Positions 30,462 to 43,295 of a stretch of 64,000 nt of DNA are shown in pieces. Under the pieces are notes generated by a model. It saw only the letters and a program-made list of their open reading frames with translations, searched no databases and had not been told where the DNA came from. Both the position numbers and the translations under genes were made by a program. This DNA comes from Candidatus Poribacteria bacterium (lineage in GTDB: Bacteria > Poribacteria > WGA-4E > WGA-3G). Positions within the stretch are counted from its first letter, which is position 1. Each line of letters opens with the position of its first letter. The DNA lies in NCBI GenBank assembly GCA_965205015.1, contig OZ242029.1, positions 3,328,001-3,392,000 on the forward strand, given 5' to 3'.

Positions 30462-31460
30462 ATGATGACGCAACTTCGATATGCAACCATTACAGGGACA
30501 GGCTCCTACCTCCCCGACCGGGTTGTCACCAATTTTGACCTTGAGCAAGTGGTCGATACAAGCGATGAATGGATTCGGCAACGGACGGGGATTGCTGAGA
30601 GACGCATCGCTGCAGACGATGAAGCAACCTCTGATCTTTGTATACATGCTGCGCGATGGGCTATCAAAAACGCGCATATTGATCCACTTGATATTGAGAT
30701 GATTCTCGTTGCTACTGTGACCCCCGATAGGTTTTTTCCTTCAACGGCGTGCTATGTTCAGAAAGGTATCGGTGCGAAGAACGCCGCCGCAATGGATATT
30801 TCCGCTGCCTGCGCTGGCTTCCTTTACGGATTGGATTTAGCTGACGGAATGATCAGATCTGGACGATATAACACGATTCTTGTCGTCGGTGGCGAAATTT
30901 TTAACAAAATTGTTGATTGGAACGACAGAAGTACATGTGTCCTTTTTGGAGATGGCGCAGGGGCTGCTGTGGTCCAAGCTACCGATGAACCGAAAGGGAT
31001 CCTCGCATCTTATATCGGATCGGATGGAGATTATGCCGACATTGACCTTCTCGGTATTCCCGCGGGCGGGTCGAGAATGCCGGTCACTCAAGAAGCCATC
31101 GACCAGAAGTTAGACAAACTTCAAATGAACGGGCGAGAAGTCTTCAAATTGGGGGTTCGCCTGATGCCGGAAGCCGCACAACGTGTGCTCCGACAGGCAA
31201 ACGTTAGTATTGAGGAAATTGATCTGTTAATCCCACATCAAGCGAACCTACGCATCATTGAGGCGGTTGGCGATAGACTTGAAATGCCACGGGAGAAGGT
31301 CTATATCAACGTTGATAAGTACGGCAATACCTCCGCAGCAACAATTATCATCGCGTTAGATGAGGCGATTCGTGAGGGAAGAGCGAAGCCGGGCGATCTT
31401 CTTCTGTTTGTGACTTTTGGCGCAGGTTTGACATGGGGGAGCACACTCCTACGATTATAG
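30462..31460 (+). CDS. fabH: 3-oxoacyl-ACP synthase III
   Basis: AACAGF, LFGDGAGA, PHQANLRII and YGNTSAA. Confidence 0.96.
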   Translation: MMTQLRYATITGTGSYLPDRVVTNFDLEQVVDTSDEWIRQRTGIAERRIAADDEATSDLCIHAARWAIKNAHIDPLDIEMILVATVTPDRFFPSTACYVQKGIGAKNAAAMDISAACAGFLYGLDLADGMIRSGRYNTILVVGGEIFNKIVDWNDRSTCVLFGDGAGAAVVQATDEPKGILASYIGSDGDYADIDLLGIPAGGSRMPVTQEAIDQKLDKLQMNGREVFKLGVRLMPEAAQRVLRQANVSIEEIDLLIPHQANLRIIEAVGDRLEMPREKVYINVDKYGNTSAATIIIALDEAIREGRAKPGDLLLFVTFGAGLTWGSTLLRL

Positions 31461-31462
31461 TA

Positions 31463-31550
31463 AATGGCTGTCGGAAACCGTCGGTTATCGGTGAAGAATT
31501 TTTCGTTTAACAAAACCCGCTTTGCTGACTGCCCCTTTGCTGATTGCTAT
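31463..31550. repeat. Degenerate family A intergenic element
   Basis: GGCTGTCGG...CGTCGGTTATCGGTGAAGA...GCTGACTGC...GCTGATTGCTAT. Confidence 0.5.
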
Positions 31551-31573
31551 TCTTCTGACCGTTGATGGTTAAT

Positions 31574-32506
31574 ATGTTGGCATTCATTTTTCCAGGACAA
31601 GGTTCACAACAGGTAGGCATGGGAGCAGCGCTGGCGCAGACTTACCCAGCGGCCGATGCTGTTTTTCAGGAGGCGGATGCAGTCCTCGGACAGGCGCTGA
31701 GACACCTCTGTTTCGAGGGACCGGAAGCAGACTTAAAGCAGACCGAAAATACACAACTGGCGATTTTAACCTGTAGTGTGGCAGCGTTGCAAGTCCTAAA
31801 GGAATGCGGGGTCGTGCCGAGTGCGGTCGCCGGACACAGTTTAGGAGAGTATTCCGCACTCGTGGCGGCAGGAGTGATCGGCTTTGAAGATGCCCTGCAT
31901 TTGGTACACGCACGAGCGAGTTTCATGGCGGAAGCTGGAAGGACACAACACGGCACAATGGCGGCCATCCTCGGGATGGCAACGGAACGGCTGCAAGAAC
32001 TATGTGACACGGCTGAAGGTATTGTGAACATCGCCAATTACAACTGTCCCGGACAATTGGTAATCTCTGGCGAAATCGAAGCTGTCAACCACGTTCTCGA
32101 ACTTGCTAAAGCCGAGATTGGTGCAAGACGGTGTCGTCCGTTGCCAGTCAGTGGGGCGTTTCATTCGCCACTCATGGCATCCGCGCAACAGAAATTCGCA
32201 GCGCCACTTGAATCGGTGACGATGCAACCACCGAACGTCGATATTGCGATGAATGTAACGGGTGAGTTCGCCACAGATGCAGATGATATCAGAAACCTCC
32301 TATTTCAACAGATAACGCGACCTGTCCAGTGGGAAAAAACATTGCAGACTCTTGAGAAAATCGGTATTACGCATTTTGTGGAGGTCGGACCGGGCAAAGT
32401 TTTGTCCGGTTTGGTGAAACGGACCTTGCCAGAAAGTAGTGCTGTGAACGTTGAAGATATTGAAACGCTATCTCATGTAAAAGATGAACACGGGAGTGGT
32501 GGGTAA
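31574..32506 (+). CDS. fabD: Malonyl CoA-ACP transacylase
   Basis: FPGQGSQ, GHSLGEY, SGAFHS and EVGPGKVL. Confidence 0.96.
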   Translation: MLAFIFPGQGSQQVGMGAALAQTYPAADAVFQEADAVLGQALRHLCFEGPEADLKQTENTQLAILTCSVAALQVLKECGVVPSAVAGHSLGEYSALVAAGVIGFEDALHLVHARASFMAEAGRTQHGTMAAILGMATERLQELCDTAEGIVNIANYNCPGQLVISGEIEAVNHVLELAKAEIGARRCRPLPVSGAFHSPLMASAQQKFAAPLESVTMQPPNVDIAMNVTGEFATDADDIRNLLFQQITRPVQWEKTLQTLEKIGITHFVEVGPGKVLSGLVKRTLPESSAVNVEDIETLSHVKDEHGSGG

Positions 32507-32510
32507 AAAA

Positions 32511-33287
32511 ATGCGTGAAACAACGGAACAAAGTGCCTTTAGAGCAGATGTGCTGAGTGGCAAAACCGCAATCGTTACAGGTGCGTCGCGGGGTATTGGG
32601 GCAGCGATTGCACATAGGCTCTGCGAAGCCGGGGCAAATGTCGTGCTCTGCTCTCGTTCCGCCGAAGCAGTCGGACAGATCGCTGATATACTGCAAGGAA
32701 CAGGCTATACTGTACTCTCAATGGCTGCTGACATTTCCCAAAAGGCGGATGTTGACGCCCTCATTGAAAAGACGATTGCACAGTTTTCGCACATTGATAT
32801 TCTCGTGAACAACGCAGGGATTACCCGTGATACGTTGCTCATGCGCCTCAAAGATCAGGACTGGGACACTGTTGTACAGACAAATCTGACGGGTACGATG
32901 TACTGTACCCGGGCGGTCCTTCGCCCTATGATCCGTCAGAAAAGTGGACGTATTATCAACATCTCGTCAGTTGTTGGATTATCGGGAAACGCGGGACAGG
33001 CAAATTATGCCGCTGCGAAGGCAGGCATTATCGGTTTGACGAAGGCTACCGCGAAAGAGGTTGGTGCGCGTGGTATCACGGTCAATGCTATCGCTCCTGG
33101 CTTTATCACGACAGATATGACAGCACGAATACCGGAACAGAATCAGCAGCAACTGCTTGAACTGATTCCACTACGGGAATTTGGGCGCCCAGATGATGTG
33201 GCAGATGCCGTCTGTTTTTTGGCATCGGATGCTGCACGTTATATCACCGGCCAAACACTTCAAGTTGACGGTGGTATGGTGATGTAA
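32511..33287 (+). CDS. fabG: 3-oxoacyl-ACP reductase
   Basis: TGASRGIG, NNAGITRD, NYAAAKAG and ITGQTLQVDGG; start may be 32484. Confidence 0.95.
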   Translation: MRETTEQSAFRADVLSGKTAIVTGASRGIGAAIAHRLCEAGANVVLCSRSAEAVGQIADILQGTGYTVLSMAADISQKADVDALIEKTIAQFSHIDILVNNAGITRDTLLMRLKDQDWDTVVQTNLTGTMYCTRAVLRPMIRQKSGRIINISSVVGLSGNAGQANYAAAKAGIIGLTKATAKEVGARGITVNAIAPGFITTDMTARIPEQNQQQLLELIPLREFGRPDDVADAVCFLASDAARYITGQTLQVDGGMVM

Positions 33288-33289
33288 TT

Positions 33290-33382
33290 CATCGGCTCTC
33301 GGTTCTCGGCTCTCGGTTCTCGGCTCTCGAAAATCAAGGGGTTTTCTTGCCGACAGCTGATGGCTGACTGCCGACAGCCATA
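33290..33382. repeat. Heptamer-armed intergenic element, family A
   Basis: (GGYTCTC)5 arm followed by GCCGACA-GCTGATG-GCTGACT-GCCGACA. Confidence 0.65.
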
Positions 33383-33408
33383 ATTTAGAGGAGATCAGAC
33401 AAACACTT

Positions 33409-33642
33409 ATGGCAACAAACCAAGAACGCCTCATCGAAATTATCGCAAAACAACTCGGTGTTGAAGAAGATAATGTCACTCCAGATGCCTCCTTTATGGA
33501 GGACCTGGGTGCTGATTCACTTGATACTGTTGAACTGGTCATGGCACTTGAAGAGGAATTCGACATCGAAATCCCAGACAGTGATGCGGAGAAAATCCAG
33601 ACTGTTCAAGATGCCCTGAGTTACCTGGACGAACACGTTTAG
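33409..33642 (+). CDS. acpP: Acyl carrier protein
   Basis: [20 protein letters not shown]. Confidence 0.98.
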   Translation: MATNQERLIEIIAKQLGVEEDNVTPDASFMEDLGADSLDTVELVMALEEEFDIEIPDSDAEKIQTVQDALSYLDEHV

Positions 33643-33651
33643 GTTAAGGTA

Positions 33652-33763
33652 TATCGTCTATCAGTTGTCGGTCTTCAGTCTTCGGTCGTCAGTTAAAGAA
33701 GGGTTTGATTGCATCAGAACCTTACTTTTAACGGATAACGGATAACTGATAACTGACAACTAT
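33652..33763. repeat. Heptamer-armed intergenic element, family A
   Basis: ...GTCGTCAGTTAAAGAAG...CTTTTAAC-GGATAAC-GGATAAC-TGATAAC-TGACAAC. Confidence 0.75.
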
Positions 33764-33785
33764 TCTACAAAAAAGGATCGGTCTC

Positions 33786-35024
33786 GTGGAGCGTGTAGTT
33801 ATTACAGGAATCGGCGTTGTCAATGCAATTGGCAATACGAAAGAAGAATATTGGGATGCGCTTGCTATCGGTAAAAACGGAATCGGACCTTTAACCTATT
33901 TTGATGCCTCTGAGCATCGCACCCAAATCGCCGGAGAGGTTAAGAGCTTCCAAGCGGAACAGTATATGGACCGCCGAGCCGCGTCCAGATTACCGCTGTT
34001 CATTCAGTACGCGCTTGCCGCCTCAATTATGGCACACGAGGATGCGGGTTTGGAACTCGACACCGTTGACCCTTACCGGGCAGGGGTCCAAATGGGTTCA
34101 GGGATTGGCGGCATCGGTGTCCTTGAAGATAACGCGAAACTCCTCGCTGAGAAGGGCGCGAAGCGCGTGAGTCCATTCCTTGTCCCCTATATGATTATTA
34201 ACATGGCGGCAGGACAGGTCTCCATCCATTTTAACCTCAAGGGTCCTAATTCTACGTCCGTCACTGCGTGTGCAAGTGCGAACCATTCTATCGGTGATTC
34301 GTTTCGTATCATTCAACGCGGTGAAGCGGACGTGATGTTTACTGGTGGAACGGAATCGGCGATTACCCCCTTAGCTTTTGCTGGGTTCTGTTCAATGCGC
34401 GCTATGTCTGCTCGAAATCATGAGCCTGAACGCGCCTCGCGCCCGTTTACGAAGGACCGGGATGGCTTTGTGATGGGTGATGGTGCTGGGGTCCTAATTC
34501 TCGAATCGTTATCACACGCCAGCGCGCGCGGGGCCTATATCTACGCGGAAATGGTCGGCTACGGAATGACCTCGGACGCACACGATATGGTAAGCCCACC
34601 TGAGAACGGTGAGGGGGCGGCAAAAGCGATGGAATTTGCAATCCAAGATGCAAAATTGCCGCTGGATGCCGTCGATTATATCAACGCGCACGGCACCTCG
34701 ACACCGATCGGCGATATTGCTGAGACGAACGCCATTAAAACTCTTTTCGGTGAACGTGCCTACAAAATTCCTGTCAGTTCTACCAAATCCATGATTGGTC
34801 ATTTGCTCGGTGCAGCGGGTGCCGTAGAACTCATCGCCTGTTTGGGTGGGATGGGAAAAGGCTTCCTGCCACCGACTATCAACTACGATATGCCGGACGA
34901 AGCCTGCGACTTGGACTATGTTCCAAACGAAAGTCGCGATGCAACGATTGATGTCGCACTCTCTAACGCGTTCGGTTTCGGTGGACACAACACCTCTATC
35001 GCCATCCGCAAATTCTCGGATTAG
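33786..35024 (+). CDS. fabF: 3-oxoacyl-ACP synthase II
   Basis: [28 protein letters not shown] and NAFGFGGHN. Confidence 0.96.
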   Translation: MERVVITGIGVVNAIGNTKEEYWDALAIGKNGIGPLTYFDASEHRTQIAGEVKSFQAEQYMDRRAASRLPLFIQYALAASIMAHEDAGLELDTVDPYRAGVQMGSGIGGIGVLEDNAKLLAEKGAKRVSPFLVPYMIINMAAGQVSIHFNLKGPNSTSVTACASANHSIGDSFRIIQRGEADVMFTGGTESAITPLAFAGFCSMRAMSARNHEPERASRPFTKDRDGFVMGDGAGVLILESLSHASARGAYIYAEMVGYGMTSDAHDMVSPPENGEGAAKAMEFAIQDAKLPLDAVDYINAHGTSTPIGDIAETNAIKTLFGERAYKIPVSSTKSMIGHLLGAAGAVELIACLGGMGKGFLPPTINYDMPDEACDLDYVPNESRDATIDVALSNAFGFGGHNTSIAIRKFSD

Positions 35025-35112
35025 ACAGATGAGCGAAAGTGCAAAATACATGAGGAACTCTTAGTGAGTGTTTAATCAGTTTGCGGCATTCACGCATCGC
35101 CCGGGTTCAGCC

Positions 35113-35634
35113 ATGTTGTTATCAACCCCAAACTCCTTGCACGTAGCCTATATTGGTTTTGGAAGCAACATCGGTGACCGTCTGGCACATATCCAAAATG
35201 CCATCCATACGCTATCAAAAACGGAGGGAATCACCTTAAAAAAGGTTTCCTCCATCTATACGACTGATCCGATCGGTTATGAATCCCAAGCACAGTTTCT
35301 GAACGGTGTCGCCGCTATCCAAACCTCCCTTTCTCCCCGCTCCTTGCTACATACCTTAAAAGACATTGAGACCACTATTGGCAGAAAACACCGTATCCGC
35401 TGGGGTCCGAGAGAGATTGACTTGGACATATTAATCTACGGAGATGTGTGTGTTCAAACAGAGAAACTCGTCATTCCGCATCCGGAGATGCATCTCCGCG
35501 GTTTCGTATTGGTCCCGTTAGCGGAGATCGCGCCGGATCTTGTGCATCCAGTCTTTCAGGAAACTATTCAAACCCTTCTCAATCGCCTTGAAGATAGCAA
35601 ATCCGTTCTAAAAGAAGAATATTGTATTTTATAG
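35113..35634 (+). CDS. folK: 2-amino-4-hydroxy-6-hydroxymethyldihydropteridine diphosphokinase
   Basis: [21 protein letters not shown] and IPHP...RGFVL.PL; start uncertain. Confidence 0.93.
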   Translation: MLLSTPNSLHVAYIGFGSNIGDRLAHIQNAIHTLSKTEGITLKKVSSIYTTDPIGYESQAQFLNGVAAIQTSLSPRSLLHTLKDIETTIGRKHRIRWGPREIDLDILIYGDVCVQTEKLVIPHPEMHLRGFVLVPLAEIAPDLVHPVFQETIQTLLNRLEDSKSVLKEEYCIL

Positions 35635-35881
35635 TTCCGTAGCGGCAGAACTACGTTCCCTTTCAGAAGAATTCCTACGAACCAAAGACTTGCTTTAAAT
35701 TTCCGCATAAATATAGTTTTCACTTTCTGAACAGATTTTGATCCCGATGTCAACGCACCTGAAAAACTTGCAATTTTCTCTTAAGTATAGTATAATTTCT
35801 AAATGCGTGAGTCCGAAACACGTAGACATAATACACCAGTAATTACAAGTGCTAAAGGAGTTTAAGGAAAGTTTTACAAAG

Positions 35882-37066
35882 ATGAACATTCACGAATACC
35901 AAGCCAGACAACTCTTAGAATCCTATGGTGTCAATACGCTACCGGGTAAGGTCGCCGAGACGCCAGAGGAAGCCGAAGCCATCGCACAGGAGCTCAATTG
36001 CCCAAAATACGTTATTAAGGCACAAATACATGCTGGGGGTCGCGGGAAAGGCGGCGGCGTCAAACTTGCAGATTCACCCGCCGAAGTTAAACAGCGTGCA
36101 GATGCCATTCTCGGGATGCAGCTCGTGACACCCCAGACCGGTCCTGAAGGGAAACTCGTCCGTAAGGTGCTAATCGCTGAAGCTGCGGAAATAGAGAAAG
36201 AATTCTACCTCGCCATTTTACTTGATCGAGAAACATCCCGACTCACCTTAATCGGAAGCGAAGAGGGGGGTGTTAACATTGAGGAAGTTGCGGCAGAAAC
36301 CCCTGAAAAAATTATTCGGACGGAGGTGCATCCAGCCTTCGGGTTAACTGAGTTCCAAGCGCGGGAGTTTGCATACAAACTCATCACCGATGTAGACTAC
36401 CGTTCGGTTATCCCAAGCGCCACCCAATTGATTTTGTCGCTTTACAGTGCGTTTATTGCATGCGACTGTTCGTTGGTAGAGATTAATCCCTTGGCTATTG
36501 TAAAAACGGATGACGCATTAGACATTGTCGCACTCGATTCCAAGGTAAACCTTGATGACAATTCACTCTGGCGACATTCCGATATAGCGGAGATGCGCGA
36601 TCCACACGAAGAAGATCCGAGTGAATTAGAAGCAAGCGAATCGGGTTTAAGTTACATCCGTCTCGATGGTGATATCGGTTGCATGGTGAACGGGGCAGGC
36701 CTCGCTATGGCAACCATGGACATTATCAAACAGAACGGTGGCGAACCGGCAAACTTTCTTGATGTCGGTGGTGGCGCATCTGTAGAGGCAGTTGCCCACG
36801 CTTTCCGTCTCATCCTTGCAGACGAAAATGTGAAGGCTGTCCTCGTGAACATCTTTGGCGGCATCATGAAATGCGATACAATCGCAAACGGTATCGTTGA
36901 AGCCGCGAAGCAGGTTGAACTCAATGTTCCCCTTGTGGTTCGGTTAGAAGGGACGAACGTGGAACTTGGAAAACAGATCATTGCTGAATCGGATTTGAAC
37001 GTTCAACAATCAGCAGGTCTCTCTGAAGCGGCGCAGCTGGCAGTGGAGGCGGCGAACGCTGCATAA
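35882..37066 (+). CDS. sucC: Succinyl-CoA synthetase beta subunit
   Basis: MNIHEYQA, KAQIHAGGRGKGGGV, NGAGLAMATMD and NIFGGI. Confidence 0.96.
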   Translation: MNIHEYQARQLLESYGVNTLPGKVAETPEEAEAIAQELNCPKYVIKAQIHAGGRGKGGGVKLADSPAEVKQRADAILGMQLVTPQTGPEGKLVRKVLIAEAAEIEKEFYLAILLDRETSRLTLIGSEEGGVNIEEVAAETPEKIIRTEVHPAFGLTEFQAREFAYKLITDVDYRSVIPSATQLILSLYSAFIACDCSLVEINPLAIVKTDDALDIVALDSKVNLDDNSLWRHSDIAEMRDPHEEDPSELEASESGLSYIRLDGDIGCMVNGAGLAMATMDIIKQNGGEPANFLDVGGGASVEAVAHAFRLILADENVKAVLVNIFGGIMKCDTIANGIVEAAKQVELNVPLVVRLEGTNVELGKQIIAESDLNVQQSAGLSEAAQLAVEAANAA

Positions 37067-37114
37067 TGATACGGCATTTGGCGACATAACCGTCCGAAAT
37101 CCGTAAATTAAAAA

Positions 37115-38314
37115 ATGGAAAAACTTGAATTAAAGGACATAGACGTTGGTGGGAAACGCGTTCTCGTACGGGTGGACTTCAATGTTCCAATGAAAGATGG
37201 GAAGATTACAGATGAAACCCGTATCACCGCCGCTTTGCCGACACTTTTGGCACTCATCAACGCCGATGCCAAAATTATCCTTGTAACGCATTTGGGCAGG
37301 CCCGAGGTGGGGTCGGCAGCTGACTGGGAAACACTCTCGACTGAACCGATCGCTGTCGCTCTCAGCCGCAAACTCGGTACACGGGTTACACATGTCAACG
37401 ATTGCGTTGGTGAGTCGGTGCAAACTGCCGTTGCGTCAATGCGTAACGGAGAAGTTCTGCTCCTTGAAAATGTTCGGTTCTATGCCGAGGAAACTGCGAA
37501 CGACACGGCATTCGCTGCGCAACTTGCCTCACTCGCGGACGTCTATGTGAACGATGCATTCGGTACAGCACATCGTGCCCATGCCTCAACCGAGGGAGTG
37601 ACGCACCATCTGAGTCCGTGTGCCGTTGGGCTTTTGATGGCACGTGAAATCTATTATCTCAGCACCACCCTTGAAGATCCTGCACGTCCATACATTGCTA
37701 TCCTCGGTGGTGCGAAAATTTCCGACAAAATCACACTGATCGAGAACCTCCTCGGAAAGGTTGATAAACTTCTTATCGGTGGCGGTATGGCATATACATT
37801 TCTGTCGGCGTTGGGCTTCACTGTTGGGAACTCAATTGTCGAGACTGAAAAACTTGACGTTGCAAAATCGTTAGTCGAAAGGGAAGACTTCTCGGATTCT
37901 GTCCTGCTCCCCATCGATCATGTCGTGGGTAAAGCCTTTGACCCTGAAACCGAATCGCAGATTGTGGCCGAAAGTGATATCCCGGGCGGATGGCAAGGAT
38001 TGGATATTGGTCCCGAAACTGTCTCGGCTTTTGGTGGACAGATTGCGACAGCAAAAACCGTCGTGTGGAACGGGCCCTTAGGGGTCTATGAATTTGAGAA
38101 GTTCGCACAAGGCACGATTTCGGTCGCAAAGCGGATTGCCAATTCAGAATCGGTGAGTATTATTGGGGGTGGCGACTGTGTCGCCGCGATACAACAAGCC
38201 GGGGTCGCAGATCGAATGACGCATATCTCAACGGGAGGTGGTGCCTCCTTGGAGTTTTTAGAAGGGAAACTGCTACCCGGGATCGTGGCTTTAACGGATT
38301 CAGAAGGCAGTTAG
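37115..38314 (+). CDS. pgk: Phosphoglycerate kinase
   Basis: RVDFNVP, DAFGTAHRAHAS and HISTGGGASLEFLEG. Confidence 0.97.
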   Translation: MEKLELKDIDVGGKRVLVRVDFNVPMKDGKITDETRITAALPTLLALINADAKIILVTHLGRPEVGSAADWETLSTEPIAVALSRKLGTRVTHVNDCVGESVQTAVASMRNGEVLLLENVRFYAEETANDTAFAAQLASLADVYVNDAFGTAHRAHASTEGVTHHLSPCAVGLLMAREIYYLSTTLEDPARPYIAILGGAKISDKITLIENLLGKVDKLLIGGGMAYTFLSALGFTVGNSIVETEKLDVAKSLVEREDFSDSVLLPIDHVVGKAFDPETESQIVAESDIPGGWQGLDIGPETVSAFGGQIATAKTVVWNGPLGVYEFEKFAQGTISVAKRIANSESVSIIGGGDCVAAIQQAGVADRMTHISTGGGASLEFLEGKLLPGIVALTDSEGS

Positions 38315-38319
38315 AATGA

Positions 38320-39852
<1,533 letters not shown>

Positions 39853-39995
39853 AATAGTTATCAGTTGTCAGTGCGGGTTGCTACGCAGCCCTTTCAGATG
39901 TCAGTTAAGAGCCGGTATGATTCAGTCAAAAACCGCTTTAACCGACAACTGAAAGCTGATGACCGACGACTCTTAAAACCGAAGACTGAAAACTA
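39853..39995. repeat. Heptamer-armed intergenic element, family A
   Basis: GTTATCA-GTTGTCA...GTCAGTTAAGAG...CTTTAAC-CGACAAC-TGAAAGC-TGATGAC. Confidence 0.7.
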
Positions 39996-40002
39996 AAAAA
40001 AT

Positions 40003-40884
40003 ATGAGCATACTCGTTAATAAAAATACAAAAGTCCTCGTTCAAGGCATCACAGGTCGTTCTGGACGCTTTCACACAGAGCAGTGTGCAGCTTACGGCAC
40101 CCAGATTGTTGCAGGCGCGGTCCCCGGTAGAGGTGGATCTGATGTGAGTGGTATCCCTGTGTATGACACTGTGGCAGAGGGGGTCGCAGCGACAGGCGCG
40201 GATACCTCGTTGATTTTCGTTCCGGCACATTTCAACGCGGCGGATTCTGTCATGGAAGCAGCGGAAGCAGGCGTTGAACTGATCGTCTGCATCTCTGAGC
40301 ACATTCCTGTTCTCGACATGGTCAAAGCGAAGGCGTATCTTCAAGGGAAGTCAACCCGATTAATCGGACCGAACTGTCCCGGAGTCATCACACCCGGTGA
40401 ATGCAAAATCGGCGTTATGCCTGAGTTTGCCTATACACCCGGCACCGTTGGGATCGTTTCCCGAAGCGGCACCTTGACTTACGAAGCCGCATATCAACTG
40501 AAGCGACTCGGCATTGGGCAGTCCACCTGTGTCGGCATCGGTGGCGATCCGGTGATTGGAACAAACTTCGTTGAGGTCCTCAAGCTTTTTGAAGCGGACG
40601 ACGACACACATGCCGTCGTCTTAATAGGTGAAATCGGGGGAACGGCTGAGGAAAAAGCAGCACAGTTTGTGAAGGACGAAATGACGAAGCCTGTTGTCGG
40701 TTTTATTGCTGGGCAGACCGCACCCCCCGGAAAGCGAATGGGACACGCCGGGGCAATCATCTCCGGGGGGCAAGGCACTGCTCCCGATAAAATTCAGGCA
40801 CTTAAGGATGCTGGGGTCACTGTTGCCGATAGTCTTACCATTATTGGGGAAACTGTTTCAGAGGTGTTGGCTGAGTCCGTCTAA
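40003..40884 (+). CDS. sucD: Succinyl-CoA synthetase alpha subunit
   Basis: [21 protein letters not shown] and RMGHAGAII. Confidence 0.96.
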   Translation: MSILVNKNTKVLVQGITGRSGRFHTEQCAAYGTQIVAGAVPGRGGSDVSGIPVYDTVAEGVAATGADTSLIFVPAHFNAADSVMEAAEAGVELIVCISEHIPVLDMVKAKAYLQGKSTRLIGPNCPGVITPGECKIGVMPEFAYTPGTVGIVSRSGTLTYEAAYQLKRLGIGQSTCVGIGGDPVIGTNFVEVLKLFEADDDTHAVVLIGEIGGTAEEKAAQFVKDEMTKPVVGFIAGQTAPPGKRMGHAGAIISGGQGTAPDKIQALKDAGVTVADSLTIIGETVSEVLAESV

Positions 40885-40890
40885 AATTTA

Positions 40891-40952
40891 GGTTTGTAGT
40901 GGCGCAATTCATTGCGCCTTGATAGAAGCGATGCATCGCTTCACTACGAACC
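40891..40952. repeat. Inverted pair of GTAG-type REP-like palindromes
   Basis: GGTTTGTAGTG-GCGCAAT-TC-ATTGCGC...GCGATGCATCGC-TT-CACTACGAACC. Confidence 0.5.
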
Positions 40953-41020
40953 ATTCTTCTCACTATTTGAAGGTGGACACTCCTGTCGTGGAGCAGTGAC
41001 CAAAGTTAACGGGTAAAGAA

Positions 41021-41851
41021 ATGAAAAAAGACATCGCTTACCTACAGACCAAAAAACAGGAACGGCAACCGATTACTGTGCTAACCTGTTACGACTATCC
41101 TACCGCTTGTCTGCAAGACGAAGCAGGTATTGATATCGTCTTCGTTGGCGATAGCGTTGGAACCAACGTTCTCGGGTATAAAAACGAGACAGAGGTGACG
41201 ATGGGAGATATGCGTCACCATCTCAAAGCGGTGCGCCGCGGTGTGACAGATGCCTATCTCCTCGTTGATATGCCCTATGCCGCAGATCGCGACGTGTCGC
41301 AAGCCATCACCAATGCGAAGTGCTTTATATCCGATGGAGCAGATGGTGTTAAATTGGAAGGTGGCCCAGAAAAGGTACCCATTGTTACCGCACTCACTGA
41401 GCACGGTATAGACACCTGTGCACACATCGGTCACAATCCGCAAATCCATGGGACCAAGGCATCAACCCACGGAAAAACCTTTGCCAAAGCGAAAAGCCTT
41501 ATTGAAGCCGCAGAAGCACTCGCAGCTGCTGGCGCGAAACTCATCGTCCTTGAGAAAATTACTGAAGAGGTCAGTCAGATTATAACGAATAGACTCAGTA
41601 TTCCGACCATCGGTATTGGTGCAGGTCGATTCTGTGACGGGCAAGTGCTCGTTGTTAACGATATATTGGGCATAGGTCCCCCCCTCAAACACGCCAAACG
41701 CTATCAAGATTATAGTCACCTGACTTTTGAGGCGATCTGCCAATACAAGAGAGAGGTAGCGAATGGCGCATTTCCTACAGACGCGAACACCTCACACATC
41801 CCACCTGATAAACTTGAGCGACTGCAGAAGTGGCTAAAATCAACGCCCTAA
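41021..41851 (+). CDS. panB: 3-methyl-2-oxobutanoate hydroxymethyltransferase
   Basis: LTCYD, VGDSVG, DMP, VKLEGG and TIGIGAG..CDGQVLV. Confidence 0.93.
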   Translation: MKKDIAYLQTKKQERQPITVLTCYDYPTACLQDEAGIDIVFVGDSVGTNVLGYKNETEVTMGDMRHHLKAVRRGVTDAYLLVDMPYAADRDVSQAITNAKCFISDGADGVKLEGGPEKVPIVTALTEHGIDTCAHIGHNPQIHGTKASTHGKTFAKAKSLIEAAEALAAAGAKLIVLEKITEEVSQIITNRLSIPTIGIGAGRFCDGQVLVVNDILGIGPPLKHAKRYQDYSHLTFEAICQYKREVANGAFPTDANTSHIPPDKLERLQKWLKSTP

Positions 41852-41902
41852 ATCGCTTGAGGGCAGAATCCACCCGTCCACAGGACTGCTGCTTTCATCG
41901 AA

Positions 41903-42670
41903 TTATGCTTCCAGAGGCACTACGTCGGCATAGACGTAGGTGGGTGAAGTGTTCCTGTTTGCGTGAATCTTGTCATTGCTGTCTTTCTGAGAAACAATGT
42001 CTCTCTGGACAACTTTACCCGGTTTCGCGGCAACAGGCGAACTAAACATCGGTCCATCAACAACACATGTATGGAACTCACCGTTTTCACCGAGCGGATC
42101 CACCCCATCGGGTAAATCGGCAAGGAGTTCGGCATCGAACCAACGTCCTGCGAAATCGGCAGGAACCTTGGTCGGATTGAGGGCAGTGATAATGGCACGC
42201 ATGCCGGAAGTGATCATTTTTTCAGCGAGTTGTGTTGTGTTTTCTCCCCATACCGGAAAAATCGGTGTGAAACCGGTTCCGCGTAATTTGTCTTCTCGGT
42301 ATTCACGGATGTCTTCTAAGAACAGATCCCCGAAAGCGAAATGCGATGTTCCCTGATGTTCGGGTAACGCTTCCACTTCAGCGAGAAATTTTCGCATCGC
42401 CTCTTCATAGATCGCATTGGAACAGGGATAGGGGATCGGTATTTCATACAATGGCACTCCAAGTTTCTCCGCTTGCTGTTTGAGCACCCACGCCGGCGTA
42501 GAGTGGATGGAGACGCGATCAAATGTCTTTGTGACAGTCGTAAAAATACCCCGCACCTCGTAGCGTTCCGGCTCCTGACGGAGTGTATGAAGTGCCCATG
42601 CAGAATCTTTGCCCGAGGACCAAGAGACAAAGACTGGGACAGGAGTCGTGTCGTTCGTCTGTTTTGTCAT
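41903..42670 (-). CDS. PP-loop ATP pyrophosphatase, diphthine-ammonia ligase (MJ0570)-like
   Basis: SWSSGKDS, FGDLFLED...YRE and DPLGENGEFHT.V.DGP. Confidence 0.85.
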   Translation of the reverse strand: MTKQTNDTTPVPVFVSWSSGKDSAWALHTLRQEPERYEVRGIFTTVTKTFDRVSIHSTPAWVLKQQAEKLGVPLYEIPIPYPCSNAIYEEAMRKFLAEVEALPEHQGTSHFAFGDLFLEDIREYREDKLRGTGFTPIFPVWGENTTQLAEKMITSGMRAIITALNPTKVPADFAGRWFDAELLADLPDGVDPLGENGEFHTCVVDGPMFSSPVAAKPGKVVQRDIVSQKDSNDKIHANRNTSPTYVYADVVPLEA

Positions 42671-42700
42671 ATTTAAACCTTTCTATTTTTAAGCCCGCGT

Positions 42701-43264
42701 CTACAATGCCAAAAAATTGGAGAGTAAACTCTTTCCAGCAGTCGTCAAAATCGACTCTGGATGGAACTGCACGCCCCAAATAGGTAGCGTTTTATGCCGA
42801 AGCCCCATGATTTCATCCTGATCTGTCCAAGCGGTGATCTCAAGGCAATCTGGTAATGTATCCCTTTTTACGATCAGTGAATGGTATCGCGTGGCTTCAA
42901 ATGGATTGTCCAATCCCTCGAAAAGTTCGACCGCATTATGTTCAATCATTGAGGTTTTCCCGTGCATCAACCGGTCTGCTCTAACGACGTCACCACCGAA
43001 TACGTCTCCGATGCACTGGTGACCAAGACAGACCCCCAAAATCGGAACTTTGCCAGCGAAGTGTTTTATTGCATCGTTAGATATACCGGCTTCTTTCGGC
43101 GTGCAAGGACCCGGTGAGATGACAATCCGTTCAGGTTTGAGGGTATCTAAGGCGTCTAATCCTATTTTTCGACTCCGATGCACCTCCAATTCAGCACCGA
43201 GTTCACCGAGATACTGCACTAAATTATAGGTGAAGGAGTCGTAGTTATCAATCATTAAGACCAT
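42701..43264 (-). CDS. trpG: Anthranilate/aminodeoxychorismate synthase glutamine amidotransferase subunit
   Basis: [30 protein letters not shown] and VQFHPES. Confidence 0.92.
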   Translation of the reverse strand: MVLMIDNYDSFTYNLVQYLGELGAELEVHRSRKIGLDALDTLKPERIVISPGPCTPKEAGISNDAIKHFAGKVPILGVCLGHQCIGDVFGGDVVRADRLMHGKTSMIEHNAVELFEGLDNPFEATRYHSLIVKRDTLPDCLEITAWTDQDEIMGLRHKTLPIWGVQFHPESILTTAGKSLLSNFLAL

Positions 43265-43295
43265 CTTTTCGTCTCCTTTTTGTTAGAGGCAGCCA